A stretch of 64,000 nt of DNA from an uncultured Trueperaceae bacterium (GTDB lineage: Bacteria; Deinococcota; Deinococci; Deinococcales; Trueperaceae). The position numbers and the translations under genes are program-made. A model generated the notes under the pieces. It was not told the DNA's origin. It did not search any database and saw only the letters and a list, made by a program, of their open reading frames with translations. Below are positions 1-9,783 of the stretch, piece after piece. Where the stretch lies: positions 384,001 through 448,000 of the forward strand of contig CAWCXJ010000007.1 in NCBI GenBank assembly GCA_963799485.1, in the 5' to 3' direction. The number at the start of each line of letters is the position of its first letter. The first letter of the stretch is position 1.

Positions 1-2
1 CC

Positions 3-125
3 GGCATCCTCGACCACGTTTTCAACCACAGCACGCATCACCGGGGTCAAGTGGCGCTGCTCGTGCGAGACGCCGGAGGGGTGCCGCAACCGCTCGACTT
101 AATCATCTACCTTCGTCTCGGCTAA
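3..125 (+). CDS. DinB family protein, C-terminal part (5' truncated by window edge)
   Basis: Frame 3 reads GILDHVFNHSTHHRGQVALLVRDAGGVPQPLDLIIYLRLG*; the H-x3-H-x2-HHRGQ motif is typical of the DinB family. Confidence 0.8.
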   Translation, partial: GILDHVFNHSTHHRGQVALLVRDAGGVPQPLDLIIYLRLG

Positions 126-1084
126 TACCGCAAAAGCGCCGCACCCCACGCCAGACCCCCGCCGAACGCGCTCAACCCGACGGTATCGCCGCGTTTGATT
201 AACCCCTTTCGCACCGCCAGGTCAAAGGCTAAAGGCACCGACGCCGCCGAGTTGTTGCCGTAATCGCGGATAGTGCTGATGACTTTTTCGGTAGGTACGC
301 CGAGGGCTTCGGCAACAGCCGTGAGGATACGCTGGTTGGCCTGATGCGGGACGAGATAGTCCACATCGCCGATACTCAGGTCGCTTGCCGCCAAAACGTC
401 CCGGATGGCCCCGGTCATCCCCCGAACTGCCAGCTGAAACACCGCCCGACCGTTCATCTTGATATGCGGCACTCTGCCCTCGGTCGCCGCGTGCGAGCCG
501 CCACCGGAGACGTAGAGCTTGTCGTAGTGCACCCCGTCGCTGTACGAACGGCTTGCCAAAAGTCCGGGGGTATCGCTCCGTGAAAGCACGAACGCGCCGG
601 CCCCGTCGCCGAACAAGATGCAGGTACCGCGGTCTTCGTAATCGACGATGCGTGACATGGTATCGGCCCCGACGACGAGCGCATGTTCGGCTGCGCCCGT
701 GCGGATAAACTGCTCGGCGACCCCGAGGGCGGTCAAAAACCCTGCACAGGCAGCGTTTACGTCGAACGCGGCGAGGGGTTCACAGCCGAGCCGGTGTTGC
801 AACTTGCACGCGACCGACGGGAAAACGTGGTCGGGCGTCGAGGTGCCGACGACGATAAGGCCTAACGCCGAAGGCTCGAGTCCAGCGCAAGCGAGCGCCG
901 CCCGAGCCGCTTCATACGCCAAGTCCGAGGTAGCTTGCTCCGGTCCGGCGATGCGCCGTTCTGAGATACCGGTACGGGTGGTAATCCACTCATCGGACGT
1001 TTCGACCATGGTCTCGAGGTCGGCGTTGGTCAAACGCCCGGTCGGGACATACGATCCCGTTCCGGCAACCCTGACTTGATGCAC
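122..1084 (-). CDS. fabH: 3-oxoacyl-ACP synthase III, stand-alone paralog
   Basis: Catalytic motifs AACAGF, PHQAN and YGNNSAAS, plus WITTRTGI. Start placed at GTG 1084, just after the upstream nfuA stop. Confidence 0.92.
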   Translation of the reverse strand: MHQVRVAGTGSYVPTGRLTNADLETMVETSDEWITTRTGISERRIAGPEQATSDLAYEAARAALACAGLEPSALGLIVVGTSTPDHVFPSVACKLQHRLGCEPLAAFDVNAACAGFLTALGVAEQFIRTGAAEHALVVGADTMSRIVDYEDRGTCILFGDGAGAFVLSRSDTPGLLASRSYSDGVHYDKLYVSGGGSHAATEGRVPHIKMNGRAVFQLAVRGMTGAIRDVLAASDLSIGDVDYLVPHQANQRILTAVAEALGVPTEKVISTIRDYGNNSAASVPLAFDLAVRKGLIKRGDTVGLSAFGGGLAWGAALLRY

Positions 1085-1088
1085 GCGC

Positions 1089-1676
1089 TTAGTCTTGCGC
1101 CAAAGGAGAGTTGCCGGTCTCCGAAGGGGCATAATAAGGGTTTGTCCCGGCGGCGTGGTCGGTAGCGTCGAGGACGCGTTTAAGCTCGGGTACGGCGCCC
1201 AAAATGGCCTCTTCGATACCACGGCGCAACGTCACGTCGGCTGCGCCGCACCCCTGACAGCCGCCGCCCAGACGTACATACGCCGCGTCTCCCGCGACTT
1301 TGACCAGTGCCACATGCCCGCCGTGACTGGCAACACCGGGGTTGACCTGTTGGTCGAGAACGTCTTGCACGCGCTGCGCCACGGGGTCGTCCCACCTGGG
1401 ACTGGGCCAGACAACGCGAAACCCGCTCTGCATCACGTCGTCTATAAAATCGACGGTTGCGCCCGCGAGCTGCTTGTGACTCATTGGGTCTAAAAAGACC
1501 TCGAAGCCGTCCATAGCAAGAACCTCGTCGTCGTCACGACGGTCGTCGGCTTTAACGAGCCAGAGTTTTTGCTCGGCTTTGGTGCCCGCGAGCCGCAAGG
1601 CGCTCACACCCTGTCCCCGTTGCAGGTCTAAAAAGTGTAAAACACGTTCGTGGGCCGTTTCGGTAAAGGTAATCAT
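1089..1676 (-). CDS. nfuA: Fe-S cluster biogenesis protein NfuA (degenerate A-type domain + NifU C-terminal domain)
   Basis: MITFTETA N-terminus; VNPGVASHGG...GGGCQGC (CxxC) and DATDHAAGTNPYY. TAGACT lies 7 nt before ATG 1676. Confidence 0.88.
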   Translation of the reverse strand: MITFTETAHERVLHFLDLQRGQGVSALRLAGTKAEQKLWLVKADDRRDDDEVLAMDGFEVFLDPMSHKQLAGATVDFIDDVMQSGFRVVWPSPRWDDPVAQRVQDVLDQQVNPGVASHGGHVALVKVAGDAAYVRLGGGCQGCGAADVTLRRGIEEAILGAVPELKRVLDATDHAAGTNPYYAPSETGNSPLAQD

Positions 1677-1721
1677 TGCTCTTAGTCTACGGGCAAAAAC
1701 TCTGGAACTGTGCGTCAAGTC

Positions 1722-2348
1722 TTACGTGAAATCCATAAGTAGCAGGGCCGAGCCCTCGTGAAGTGTAACTACAAGAGGCTCGTCCGTCGTTTCATTCGAG
1801 ACGCCTAAACCGACGCCGAAGGGCAGCGCAGCGTTTGTAAGGGGGTAGCTGGGGCCTTCTAGACTAAGCCGTGACGCTTCTAAGCCAAGCACGCTGAAGG
1901 TTATTCCTGCCGGAATGTCCAGCGTAAGCGCGTCGCCCGCGCGAAGGGGATACGCAGCGCTATGCCCCGAATGCAACGTGACCTGATAGTGCTTTTGGTA
2001 ACGCACGGCGATAAAGAGCGCCGCGAGCGTCTGGTCGAGGCGTCCGCCGAGTGCGCCGACGATAAGAAGGTCGGTTGCGCTCCGCGCTACGGCTTCTTGC
2101 AGGGCTAACTCGAGGTCGAGCAAGTCTTTACGCGCGGGATGCGTTTGCCTGGGTATGTTCGGATAAAGTGCCAAATCCGTTTCAGTCGCCGAATCGAAAT
2201 CGCCGACGATAAGGTCGGGTGTGACCTCGAGCGCTAGCGCGTGCCGTACCCCGGAGTCGGCGGCAACGACGAAATCGGCATTTTTGCAGAGTTCTTTGAG
2301 TGTATCGGCAACAGTGATATCGCTCCCGGCAAGAACGAGCGCTTTCAT
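1722..2348 (-). CDS. thiN: Thiamine diphosphokinase
   Basis: AADSG, GDFDS, GALGGRLDQ and GVSNE motifs. Confidence 0.88.
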   Translation of the reverse strand: MKALVLAGSDITVADTLKELCKNADFVVAADSGVRHALALEVTPDLIVGDFDSATETDLALYPNIPRQTHPARKDLLDLELALQEAVARSATDLLIVGALGGRLDQTLAALFIAVRYQKHYQVTLHSGHSAAYPLRAGDALTLDIPAGITFSVLGLEASRLSLEGPSYPLTNAALPFGVGLGVSNETTDEPLVVTLHEGSALLLMDFT

Positions 2349-2352
2349 CTCA

Positions 2353-3123
2353 TCACGGTAGCGGGACGACGAGCCCGTCAGAGGCGTAACACAGACCTTC
2401 CGGCGCGGGGTTGCGGGTATCGACGCCGTGCCCCAAATGCGTCAGGAGGGTTCTTTTAGGGCTTAGTTCGGCGATCAGTGCAGCGGCTTCTCCTACGTCG
2501 TAGACGCTCCGGCTTGCTATCGGGGCAGTTTCGCGGTAGAAGCTCGAGCCTAGCACCAGCAGCTCGAGATTACGCCACGGCTCCAACTCTTTTAGGTCGA
2601 GGCAGTCGGGCATATAGCCCCAGGTTTTGCCCTTACGTTCAAACCGAAAGGCGTAGGCAAAGCCGTTAAAGCCGTGGGGAACACGGATGGCCTGAACCGC
2701 GTAGCCGCTGAAGGTGCGCGTGGTCGGCAGGCTTATAAACGGCGTCCGCGCCTGATAACTGTCCGACTTCAGATAGCCGAAGCGTGTTTCTAGTTGAGGC
2801 AGCACTTCTTCCGGCGCATAAACCGGACAGTTTCGACCCGTCCAGCGCCCCCAATCGGCAAGGTCGCCCAAACCCAACAAATGGTCGTTATGCGCGTGCG
2901 TGATAAGCGCAGCGCTAAACCCCTGCACGCCTTCCCTAGAACACTGCAGCCGCAGTTCGGGCGGCGCGTCGATGAGAACGCGCTCTTCCCCTTCGATAAC
3001 GGCTCCCGGACGGGTGCGGGCATTTTTACCTGTGCTTCTCGCCTCTTCACAAACGCGGCACCGGCACCACCAGCGCGGCACCCCTTGCGAGTCGGACGTT
3101 CCTAGAAAACGGAGCTGTGCCAT
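2353..3123 (-). CDS. MBL-fold metallo-hydrolase, PhnP-like phosphodiesterase
   Basis: LGTSDSQGVP-x3-CxCxxC, THAHNDH metallo-beta-lactamase motif, LTHLGH. Confidence 0.85.
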   Translation of the reverse strand: MAQLRFLGTSDSQGVPRWWCRCRVCEEARSTGKNARTRPGAVIEGEERVLIDAPPELRLQCSREGVQGFSAALITHAHNDHLLGLGDLADWGRWTGRNCPVYAPEEVLPQLETRFGYLKSDSYQARTPFISLPTTRTFSGYAVQAIRVPHGFNGFAYAFRFERKGKTWGYMPDCLDLKELEPWRNLELLVLGSSFYRETAPIASRSVYDVGEAAALIAELSPKRTLLTHLGHGVDTRNPAPEGLCYASDGLVVPLP

Positions 3124-3213
3124 AGTCCCAGCATACCCAGACGCGCTGAACGGCTCGCGGGTTGTGCCGCGCTCTGACGGTCGGCGGTCAGGGAGAACGG
3201 TATAATTTCGGGG

Positions 3214-3915
3214 ATGACACGCACTGTTTTGCTCTTGATGACACTTTCGGTTTTCGCTTCAGCTCAGCAAGCGCCGCAACTCGGCAACCGGGGCCAAAAC
3301 CCCCGAGCCGAAGAGATTTTGCGAACCGCCTGCACCGTTTCCCGCTACGACGACCCCGACGAGCCGCGACGCGAAGGCCGCGTGTGGGACGAAGAGTACG
3401 CCCGCAGACGCGCCTACAACGCGGTGATGCCGGAGTTTTTTGCGGCGGTGCCGCTAAAGCGCGACGCTGAACTCCTGATGCCCGTCGAGGGCGTTACGCT
3501 CAGTCAGGTTGCCGACACCTGGGGCGCAGCCCGCAGTGAGGGGCGCAGTCACGAAGGCACCGACATCTTTGCTCCTGACGGCACGCCGGTCTACTCCGCG
3601 ACCCCCGGTTACGTCTACCGTATCGGCACCAATCCGTATGGCGGCAACGTCGTCACGGTGATGGGCGGCGCGGGCGTGCGCTACTACTACGCGCACCTCT
3701 CGGCCTTTAACGACGACGTGCAAGAAGGGCAGTACGTCACGTCTGATACGGTGCTGGGTTACGTCGGCAATACCGGCAACGCCAGCGCGACCCCGCCGCA
3801 CCTGCACTTCGGGGTCTACCCCGGCCCTTATGAAACGTGCGCGTGGGAGGCGGAAAACCCTTACGGTTTGCTCTCCGACCGGGACTGGCAAAAACAGAGC
3901 AGCAACGCGCCGTAA
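3214..3915 (+). CDS. M23 family metallopeptidase, secreted
   Basis: Signal peptide; HEGTD, YYYAHL, GNTGNA and HLHFG zinc motifs. TATAAT at 3201-3206. Confidence 0.9.
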   Translation: MTRTVLLLMTLSVFASAQQAPQLGNRGQNPRAEEILRTACTVSRYDDPDEPRREGRVWDEEYARRRAYNAVMPEFFAAVPLKRDAELLMPVEGVTLSQVADTWGAARSEGRSHEGTDIFAPDGTPVYSATPGYVYRIGTNPYGGNVVTVMGGAGVRYYYAHLSAFNDDVQEGQYVTSDTVLGYVGNTGNASATPPHLHFGVYPGPYETCAWEAENPYGLLSDRDWQKQSSNAP

Positions 3916-3978
3916 GTCGTCTTTTACGGTTGTCGTCTGTCGTCTTCCAGGGCCGAAGCTTATGGTACAAGCTTCTAG

Positions 3979-4656
3979 ATGAAGGCGTTTTGGTGTGGGT
4001 TTCGCGCGATGCTGCCCCTGTGGTTGGGCCTGATTCCTTTTGGGGCAGCCTACGCGGTATCGGCAAGGGGGGCGGGTCTGAACCTTTTTGAAACGCAGCT
4101 GATGAGCCTCGTCGTTTTTTCGGGTGGCGCACAGTTCAGTGCGGCAGGACTTTTTGCCGTCAACGCTTCACCTTTAACGATTATCGCGACGACGTTCTTG
4201 ATCAATGTGCGGCATCTGCTTTATGGGATTTCGCTCGGTCGGCTCATCCCGCTCGGCGTGCGCGAACGTTTTTTAGCCGCACATCTATTGACCGATGAAG
4301 CTTACGGCGTGACGTTTTCAAGCTCACAACGCTCAGCCCGGTTTTTTACGGGGGCGGGCTCGAGCCTCTACTTCATCTGGAACTCGAGCACGCTTTTGGG
4401 GGCGCTGCTGAGCGGCCTCGCTCCCGACCCGGCGGCCTTGGGCATCGACTTTATCTTTCCGCTGGCGTTTTTGGCGCTCCTGATTCCGCTGCTCAAAAGC
4501 TGGCCTGCACTGGCGGTTGCCGTGTTCGCCGGGTTCGTCGCGCTTTTTACGGCGCAAACCATGAACACGGGGCTGGCGGTTTTGCTGGCGGGCGTTCTTG
4601 CCCCGCTTTTAGGTGCTTACCTGACCGGAGCTAAAAACAGAGCCAAAACGGCGTGA
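3979..4656 (+). CDS. azlC: AzlC family branched-chain amino acid exporter
   Basis: MSLVVFSGGAQF, NVRHLLYG and LLTDEAYG motifs; hydrophobic. Confidence 0.88.
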   Translation: MKAFWCGFRAMLPLWLGLIPFGAAYAVSARGAGLNLFETQLMSLVVFSGGAQFSAAGLFAVNASPLTIIATTFLINVRHLLYGISLGRLIPLGVRERFLAAHLLTDEAYGVTFSSSQRSARFFTGAGSSLYFIWNSSTLLGALLSGLAPDPAALGIDFIFPLAFLALLIPLLKSWPALAVAVFAGFVALFTAQTMNTGLAVLLAGVLAPLLGAYLTGAKNRAKTA

Positions 4657-4940
4657 CCGTCCTGACGATTTTGCTGATGGCGCTCGTGACCTACGGGCCG
4701 CGTTTAGCCGGGTTGTCACTCGCCAAGGTCAGCTTGCCGCCCTTTTGGACGCGTTTTTTACAGTTTGTTCCGGTCTCCGTATTCGCTGCACTTGTCGTGC
4801 CGGCTTTGCCAAGTCCCGGCGAAACCCCGGTTCGGCTCGTGGCGGCGGGGGTTGCGGCGCTGGTACTGTGGCGGGTACGGTCGCTGTGGTTCGGGCTTCT
4901 GGTCGGCATGGTGGTTTTTTGGGGGCTGCGGACGCTCTGA
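4653..4940 (+). CDS. azlD: AzlD family membrane protein
   Basis: Small hydrophobic ORF overlapping the azlC stop (GTGA); VTYGPR...FVPVSVFAAL. Confidence 0.85.
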   Translation: MTVLTILLMALVTYGPRLAGLSLAKVSLPPFWTRFLQFVPVSVFAALVVPALPSPGETPVRLVAAGVAALVLWRVRSLWFGLLVGMVVFWGLRTL

Positions 4941-5111
4941 AACGGTCCTTGTGAGCTTTTTTTAACAAATTTCAGCTAAGGTGACGCCCTGAAAGCTGCG
5001 AGCAGCACGCCGACGTTATAGTAGAAGCGGTGACCGGCGTGTCAGTCTGGCTGCGTCGGTCGTGGTGTTTGTGGCACACTGCTCGGTGTGTCTGCTTATG
5101 GAGGAAAGAAC

Positions 5112-6080
5112 GTGAGACCCATCTTTATCTTTGGCTGTGAACGAAGCGGGACAACCCTGCTGGGGTCGCTTTTGGGTTCGCACAGCCGCTGCCTCGCTAC
5201 CCCGGAAGCCGAGTTTGTTGCCGACGCTTACAGGCAACATCTGGCTCGAGACGCGGGATTCGACCTGATCGGCACACTAAACCGGATTAAACATAACTTC
5301 CGCTTCCAGCTCTGGAATATCGATGTTTCGGCCCAAGCAGCCGAGCGTGCCGGGGTCACTTCTTACAAAGAGCTGATCGGCTACTTGTTTGCGACCTACG
5401 CGGCCGGTGTGGGAAAAGATGCGGATATTTGGATCGACCACACGCCTACTAACGTCAGGGCTGCAGCAATGCTGAGCGAGCTTTTCCCGGAAGCAAAATT
5501 TATCCATCTCGTCCGCGATGGTCGCGCCGTCGTCTCTTCGATCAAGTCGCTCGACTGGGGCGTGCACGCCACGCGGCAACTAAGCCAGCAGTGGGTTATG
5601 AAAGTCGGCTATGGGCTTGCCGCCGAAGGCTACTTAGGCCCGGAAAGATCGTTACGGGTAAGTTACGAAGCGCTTACGAGTTCTACCGAACAGACGTTGC
5701 GGACGATCTGCAGCTTTGCCGAACTGAGCTATGAAGCCGAGATGACCGCAGGTGCGGGTTTTTCGGTTCCCAAATACACCGAGAAGCAGCACAGTCTGGT
5801 CGGTACGCCGCCCGACCCGGCCAGAGCCAACGCCTGGATGAAACGCCTTTCACCCCAAGACGTTCAGACGTTTGAACACAGCAGCCGCGATATGCTCATC
5901 TATCTTGGGTACGAACCGCTCTACGGTGCCGGGGCTAAGGCCGAAGCAAATATAGAAAGGTACAAAGCCCTGCTAGCAGACGTATTGTGGTACCGCTGGC
6001 GCGACAGCTACAAAACGCGGCAAAAACAGAAGCGGGCGTTAGCAGGGCTCCGCGCTCAGGGATTTCTCAACCGAAAATAG
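5112..6080 (+). CDS. PAPS-dependent sulfotransferase (Sulfotransfer_3-like)
   Basis: 5'-PSB motif IFIFGCERSGTTLL, 3'-PB motif IHLVRDGRAVVSS, VSYEAL. GTG start after GAGGA. Confidence 0.85.
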   Translation: MRPIFIFGCERSGTTLLGSLLGSHSRCLATPEAEFVADAYRQHLARDAGFDLIGTLNRIKHNFRFQLWNIDVSAQAAERAGVTSYKELIGYLFATYAAGVGKDADIWIDHTPTNVRAAAMLSELFPEAKFIHLVRDGRAVVSSIKSLDWGVHATRQLSQQWVMKVGYGLAAEGYLGPERSLRVSYEALTSSTEQTLRTICSFAELSYEAEMTAGAGFSVPKYTEKQHSLVGTPPDPARANAWMKRLSPQDVQTFEHSSRDMLIYLGYEPLYGAGAKAEANIERYKALLADVLWYRWRDSYKTRQKQKRALAGLRAQGFLNRK

Positions 6081-6102
6081 CTTAGTTTACGGGGCAAAAG
6101 GT

Positions 6103-6939
6103 TCAGTTTAGGCGGCGCGCTCTAAGTGCGGCAAAAAGTGGAATATCGAGCGTTTCTTTTTTGGTCGTCTTCTCCACGTTCGGGTCGGGGAGTTCATCCA
6201 AGCGCTCTACAAAAAATCCTAATTCACTCAGTGTATTGACGTATTCACTTAACGGCCTGTGAAAACTCATCGTCGTCCCCGAAGCTCGAGCCGACACTTC
6301 CGCGTACGCCTTCATCGGTACTTCACGCGCGGTCAGGTACGAGTCCACCCGCCGGTACGTCAGCTTGCGCCCCGGATCGAAGCCCCAGCCGCTCTGACGC
6401 GGCACTCTAAACGCCGGATGCAGCATAAAAATCACGATGCGCGAGGCTGGTTTAAGCGCCCACGCCGCCGCCGCCAACACCTCGCCTAGCGGGTTCATGT
6501 CCTGGATGCTGAGCATAAACACGGCAACGTCGGCGCTTTCAGCTTTCAGCTCTGGCAGAGAGCTGAGTTTGCGTGCGTCACCCACGATAAACTGTGCTTT
6601 GCCACCCGCGTTCTCGCCGTGATGTTTACGGGCGAGCCCGACGAGCGTTCGGCTACCGTCTACACCTTGATACCTTGCGCCTCTTTTGAGCACGTGCGGC
6701 GCTAACACGCCCTGACCGCAGCCGATATCGAGCAGCAGTTGACCGGGTTGCGGGTCGGCCAGCTCCAAAACCGTCGGCAGCGCGACCGCCCGGTGGTACA
6801 AGCTGCCCTTTTTACCGACCCAGCCGTTGTACCACTTGGCCACCGGGTCCCAGTGCGTTTGACGCTCGAGCCTGGGCTTAAACTTTTTATTCGGTTTGGT
6901 GCTCAAAAAAACCCCGTACAATCGCCGTAAAATAGACAC
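6103..6939 (-). CDS. Class I SAM-dependent methyltransferase
   Basis: LLDIGCGQG motif I; FHRPLSEYVN. Confidence 0.85.
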   Translation of the reverse strand: MSILRRLYGVFLSTKPNKKFKPRLERQTHWDPVAKWYNGWVGKKGSLYHRAVALPTVLELADPQPGQLLLDIGCGQGVLAPHVLKRGARYQGVDGSRTLVGLARKHHGENAGGKAQFIVGDARKLSSLPELKAESADVAVFMLSIQDMNPLGEVLAAAAWALKPASRIVIFMLHPAFRVPRQSGWGFDPGRKLTYRRVDSYLTAREVPMKAYAEVSARASGTTMSFHRPLSEYVNTLSELGFFVERLDELPDPNVEKTTKKETLDIPLFAALRARRLN

Positions 6940-7002
6940 CAGCGTATCACGGAGCGTGTTTTACGGCGGTAGTGAAGGGCAGGAGCCCGTACACTTAGGC
7001 GT

Positions 7003-7521
7003 ATGCAGCAGAGTGAAGTGCTTTTTATCGGTGGGCGTTCGGGCGTCGGTAAATCCAGAGTGGCCTTTGAGCTACACGAACAGCTTTTTATACGTGAGGT
7101 CAAGCACTGCGTTATCGAAGGCGACAATCTCGACTTGGCTTACCCGCCGCCGTGGGAGCAGGGACACAAGCTGGCAGAGCAAAACCTTGCGGCGATGTGG
7201 ACGAACTACCGCGCGCTGGGGTACCGGCGCGTCATCTACACGAACACTGTCAGCGTCCTCGAGGCCGAAGGTCTAAGCGCCGCGATGGGCGATGACCCTC
7301 TGGTCAAAGGTGTTTTGCTGAGAGCGTCTGACGACACCGTAAAAGGAAGGCTCGAGGGGCGCGAATCGGCCTCTACACTGCAAGCTCACCTCGAGCGCAG
7401 CCGTTTACGGGCGCACGAACTCGAGCGGCAAACCCCGCCCTGGGTCTGGCGAATCAACACGGACAACAAAGACAGCGCTGCGGTTGCAGGCGAGATTTTA
7501 GAGCTGCTCAACTGGACGTGA
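7003..7521 (+). CDS. Small P-loop kinase-like protein
   Basis: Walker A GGRSGVGKS near the N-terminus, nucleotide-kinase size. TACACT 7 nt before the ATG. Confidence 0.75.
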   Translation: MQQSEVLFIGGRSGVGKSRVAFELHEQLFIREVKHCVIEGDNLDLAYPPPWEQGHKLAEQNLAAMWTNYRALGYRRVIYTNTVSVLEAEGLSAAMGDDPLVKGVLLRASDDTVKGRLEGRESASTLQAHLERSRLRAHELERQTPPWVWRINTDNKDSAAVAGEILELLNWT

Positions 7522-7553
7522 CCCGTACAAAAGAGCATTTTCCCAAAGAGGGC

Positions 7554-7582
7554 TTGACATTTTTACTTTACTCGGCTAATCT
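7554..7582 (+). promoter_or_regulatory. Sigma70-type promoter for the leader peptide / ABC operon
   Basis: TTGACA (7554-7559), 17-bp spacer, TAATCT (7577-7582). Confidence 0.8.
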
Positions 7583-7626
7583 CATGAAGCCTACTAAAAG
7601 GCGACCTCAGAAAGGAGCGGTGCCAG

Positions 7627-7734
7627 ATGAAACAGTTTATCGCTGATACGACCAGCCTCATTCTCGCCGCTTTCTTGTCCCGTGCGCTCGGCGACAACGT
7701 GCCGCTTGCACAGGAGAGGTCTGCCCAGACGTAG
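7627..7734 (+). CDS. Putative 35-aa leader (attenuator) peptide MKQFIADTTSLILAAFLSRALGDNVPLAQERSAQT
   Basis: AAAGGAG ribosome-binding site at 7611-7617; lies between the promoter and an intrinsic terminator; below the ORF-track size cutoff. Confidence 0.65.
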   Translation: MKQFIADTTSLILAAFLSRALGDNVPLAQERSAQT

Positions 7735-7751
7735 CCGTTTAAGATTTTCCG

Positions 7752-7790
7752 AGGCCGTGGGAGACCAAACCGTCCCCACGGCCTTTTTTT
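7752..7790 (+). terminator. Intrinsic terminator in the 5' leader of the ABC operon (attenuator)
   Basis: AGGCCGTGGG (7752-7761) pairs with CCCACGGCCT (7775-7784); run of 7 T at 7784-7790. Confidence 0.85.
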
Positions 7791-7995
7791 GCTCTCTTAC
7801 CTCGGAGTCGGCCCAGGGGAAGCAAGAGGATGACCCCTTAGGAAAAACGATGCCGAAACCCCGAAAAATTGCCCTCACTCTGCTTACCCACAATTTTCCT
7901 AGCCTCGAGTCTCTAGCCCCGTCCCCCGTAAAAAGGCCGAGGCGCGACCTGAGCTGGCTTGCTACCCTGCACCTGTCTAAACGTGGAGACCCAAC

Positions 7996-9783
7996 ATGAT
8001 TCCGCTGGCCCGTTACGCCAAACTTTTAGGTCGCTATCTGCGCCCGCAGTGGCGCACCGCCGCGCTGATGGCTGGGCTTCTGCTCATCAGCATCGGCTTG
8101 CAACTCGTCGTGCCGCAGATTTTACGGTTTTTTATCGACACGGCGCAGGCGGGAGGGAGTCTCGAGTCGCTGACCCGCGCCGCCCTGCTCTTTTTAGCTG
8201 TCGCAGTAGTGACGCAGCTTCTAAGCGCCGCCGCAACCTATTTTGCCGCCGCTGTCGGCTGGACGGCGACGAACGCCATGCGCGAAGACCTGGCGCGGCA
8301 CTGTCTGGGGCTCGATATGAGCTTTCACACCGCCCGCACTCCCGGTGAACTCATCGAACGCATCGACGGAGACGTAACGGCGCTGTCGAACTTTTTCTCG
8401 CAGTTTTCGGTACGGGTTTTCGGCGGGGCGCTGATGCTCGCGGGGATTCTGGTGATTTTGTGGCTCGAGAGTCCCCCCGTCGGGATTGCCTTAACACTTT
8501 TTACCCTTGCCGTCTTTGCCGCGCTTTTTCTCACCCGTAACGTCGCCGTTGCCGCCACCAAAGATGAACGCGAATCGAGTGCCCAGCTTTTCGGCTTTGT
8601 CGAAGAGCGCCTGGCAGGGCTTGACGACCTCCGCGCCAACGGCGGCGGCGACTACGCCATGCAGAGCTTTACGCATGTCGCCCGCAGCTTCTTTTTCCGG
8701 GGTCGCCGCGCCTGGATGAAGCGCTCGTCGGTGTGGATGCTCTCTTACGGGCTGTTTACGGTCGGTGATCTGATTACTTTGGGCGCAGCGATTTATCTCT
8801 TTCAGCAAGGCAGCATCACGTTAGGGACGGCGTATCTGTTCTTTACTTACATGTTGATGTTGGAGGAGCCCATCGAGCAGATTACCCAGCAGATGCAGGA
8901 GTTGCAAAAAGCCGGGGCCGGAATCGGGCGTATCGATGAACTTTTTACGCTAAAAAGCGAGTTGCCGAAGGGCCGAGATGTGACGCTGCCGGAGGGCGCG
9001 TTGCCGCTCAGTTTTGAGCGGTTGGGGTTTGCGTATGGCGACAAACGCATTTTGGACGCGGTGACGTTTCGCTTGGGGGCCGGTAAGGTTTTAGGTTTAC
9101 TGGGCCGTACCGGGAGCGGGAAAACGACCCTGACTCGCTTGATATTCAGGCTTTACGACCCGACTTCAGGAAGTGTCAATCTCGGCGGGATAGATACGCG
9201 GGACGCCCTGCCCGAATCTTTACGCGAGCGCGTCGGCATGGTTACGCAAGAAGTGCAGCTCTTTCACGCCTCGGTACGCGACAACCTGACCTTTTTCGGC
9301 GAGGACATCCCGGACGAGCGCATCGAAACGGTGCTGCGCGACCTCGGTTTGGGCAGTTGGCTGGAAGGCCTGGAAAACGGTCTGGACACGACGCTGGCGG
9401 CGAGTGGTGGCGGACTTTCGGCGGGGCAAGCGCAGCTGTTGGCGTTTGCCCGAGTGTTCCTCAAAGACCCCGGTCTGGTCATCCTGGACGAACCTTCATC
9501 CCGCCTCGACCCGGCCACCGAAAAGCTCTTGGAACGCGCCGTAGACAAGCTTTTACAGGGCCGCACGGCGATTATCATCGCGCACAGGCTCGCGACCGTC
9601 CGCCGCGCCGACGACATCCTCATCTTAAAAGACGGGCGCATTCTAGAACACGGCGCACGTCAGGCACTGCTGCGCTCGGATTCGCACTTTGCCCGCCTCT
9701 TGCAAGCCGGGGGACACTCCGATTTGGACGACCCGGAAGTGTTGGAAGACAGGCTCGAGGACACGCTTAAGGAACCCGTATGA
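7996..9783 (+). CDS. ABC exporter, fused TMD-NBD, heterodimer subunit 1
   Basis: Six-TM N-terminal domain; Walker A GRTGSGKT, variant signature LSAGQ, Walker B ILDE, IAHR. Confidence 0.92.
   Translation: MIPLARYAKLLGRYLRPQWRTAALMAGLLLISIGLQLVVPQILRFFIDTAQAGGSLESLTRAALLFLAVAVVTQLLSAAATYFAAAVGWTATNAMREDLARHCLGLDMSFHTARTPGELIERIDGDVTALSNFFSQFSVRVFGGALMLAGILVILWLESPPVGIALTLFTLAVFAALFLTRNVAVAATKDERESSAQLFGFVEERLAGLDDLRANGGGDYAMQSFTHVARSFFFRGRRAWMKRSSVWMLSYGLFTVGDLITLGAAIYLFQQGSITLGTAYLFFTYMLMLEEPIEQITQQMQELQKAGAGIGRIDELFTLKSELPKGRDVTLPEGALPLSFERLGFAYGDKRILDAVTFRLGAGKVLGLLGRTGSGKTTLTRLIFRLYDPTSGSVNLGGIDTRDALPESLRERVGMVTQEVQLFHASVRDNLTFFGEDIPDERIETVLRDLGLGSWLEGLENGLDTTLAASGGGLSAGQAQLLAFARVFLKDPGLVILDEPSSRLDPATEKLLERAVDKLLQGRTAIIIAHRLATVRRADDILILKDGRILEHGARQALLRSDSHFARLLQAGGHSDLDDPEVLEDRLEDTLKEPV

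Noticed and set aside
7594..7999. ORF-track calls of 99 aa (-) and 105 aa (+) in the ABC leader
   Set aside because: They cross the terminator and lack an RBS; the region is better explained by the attenuator
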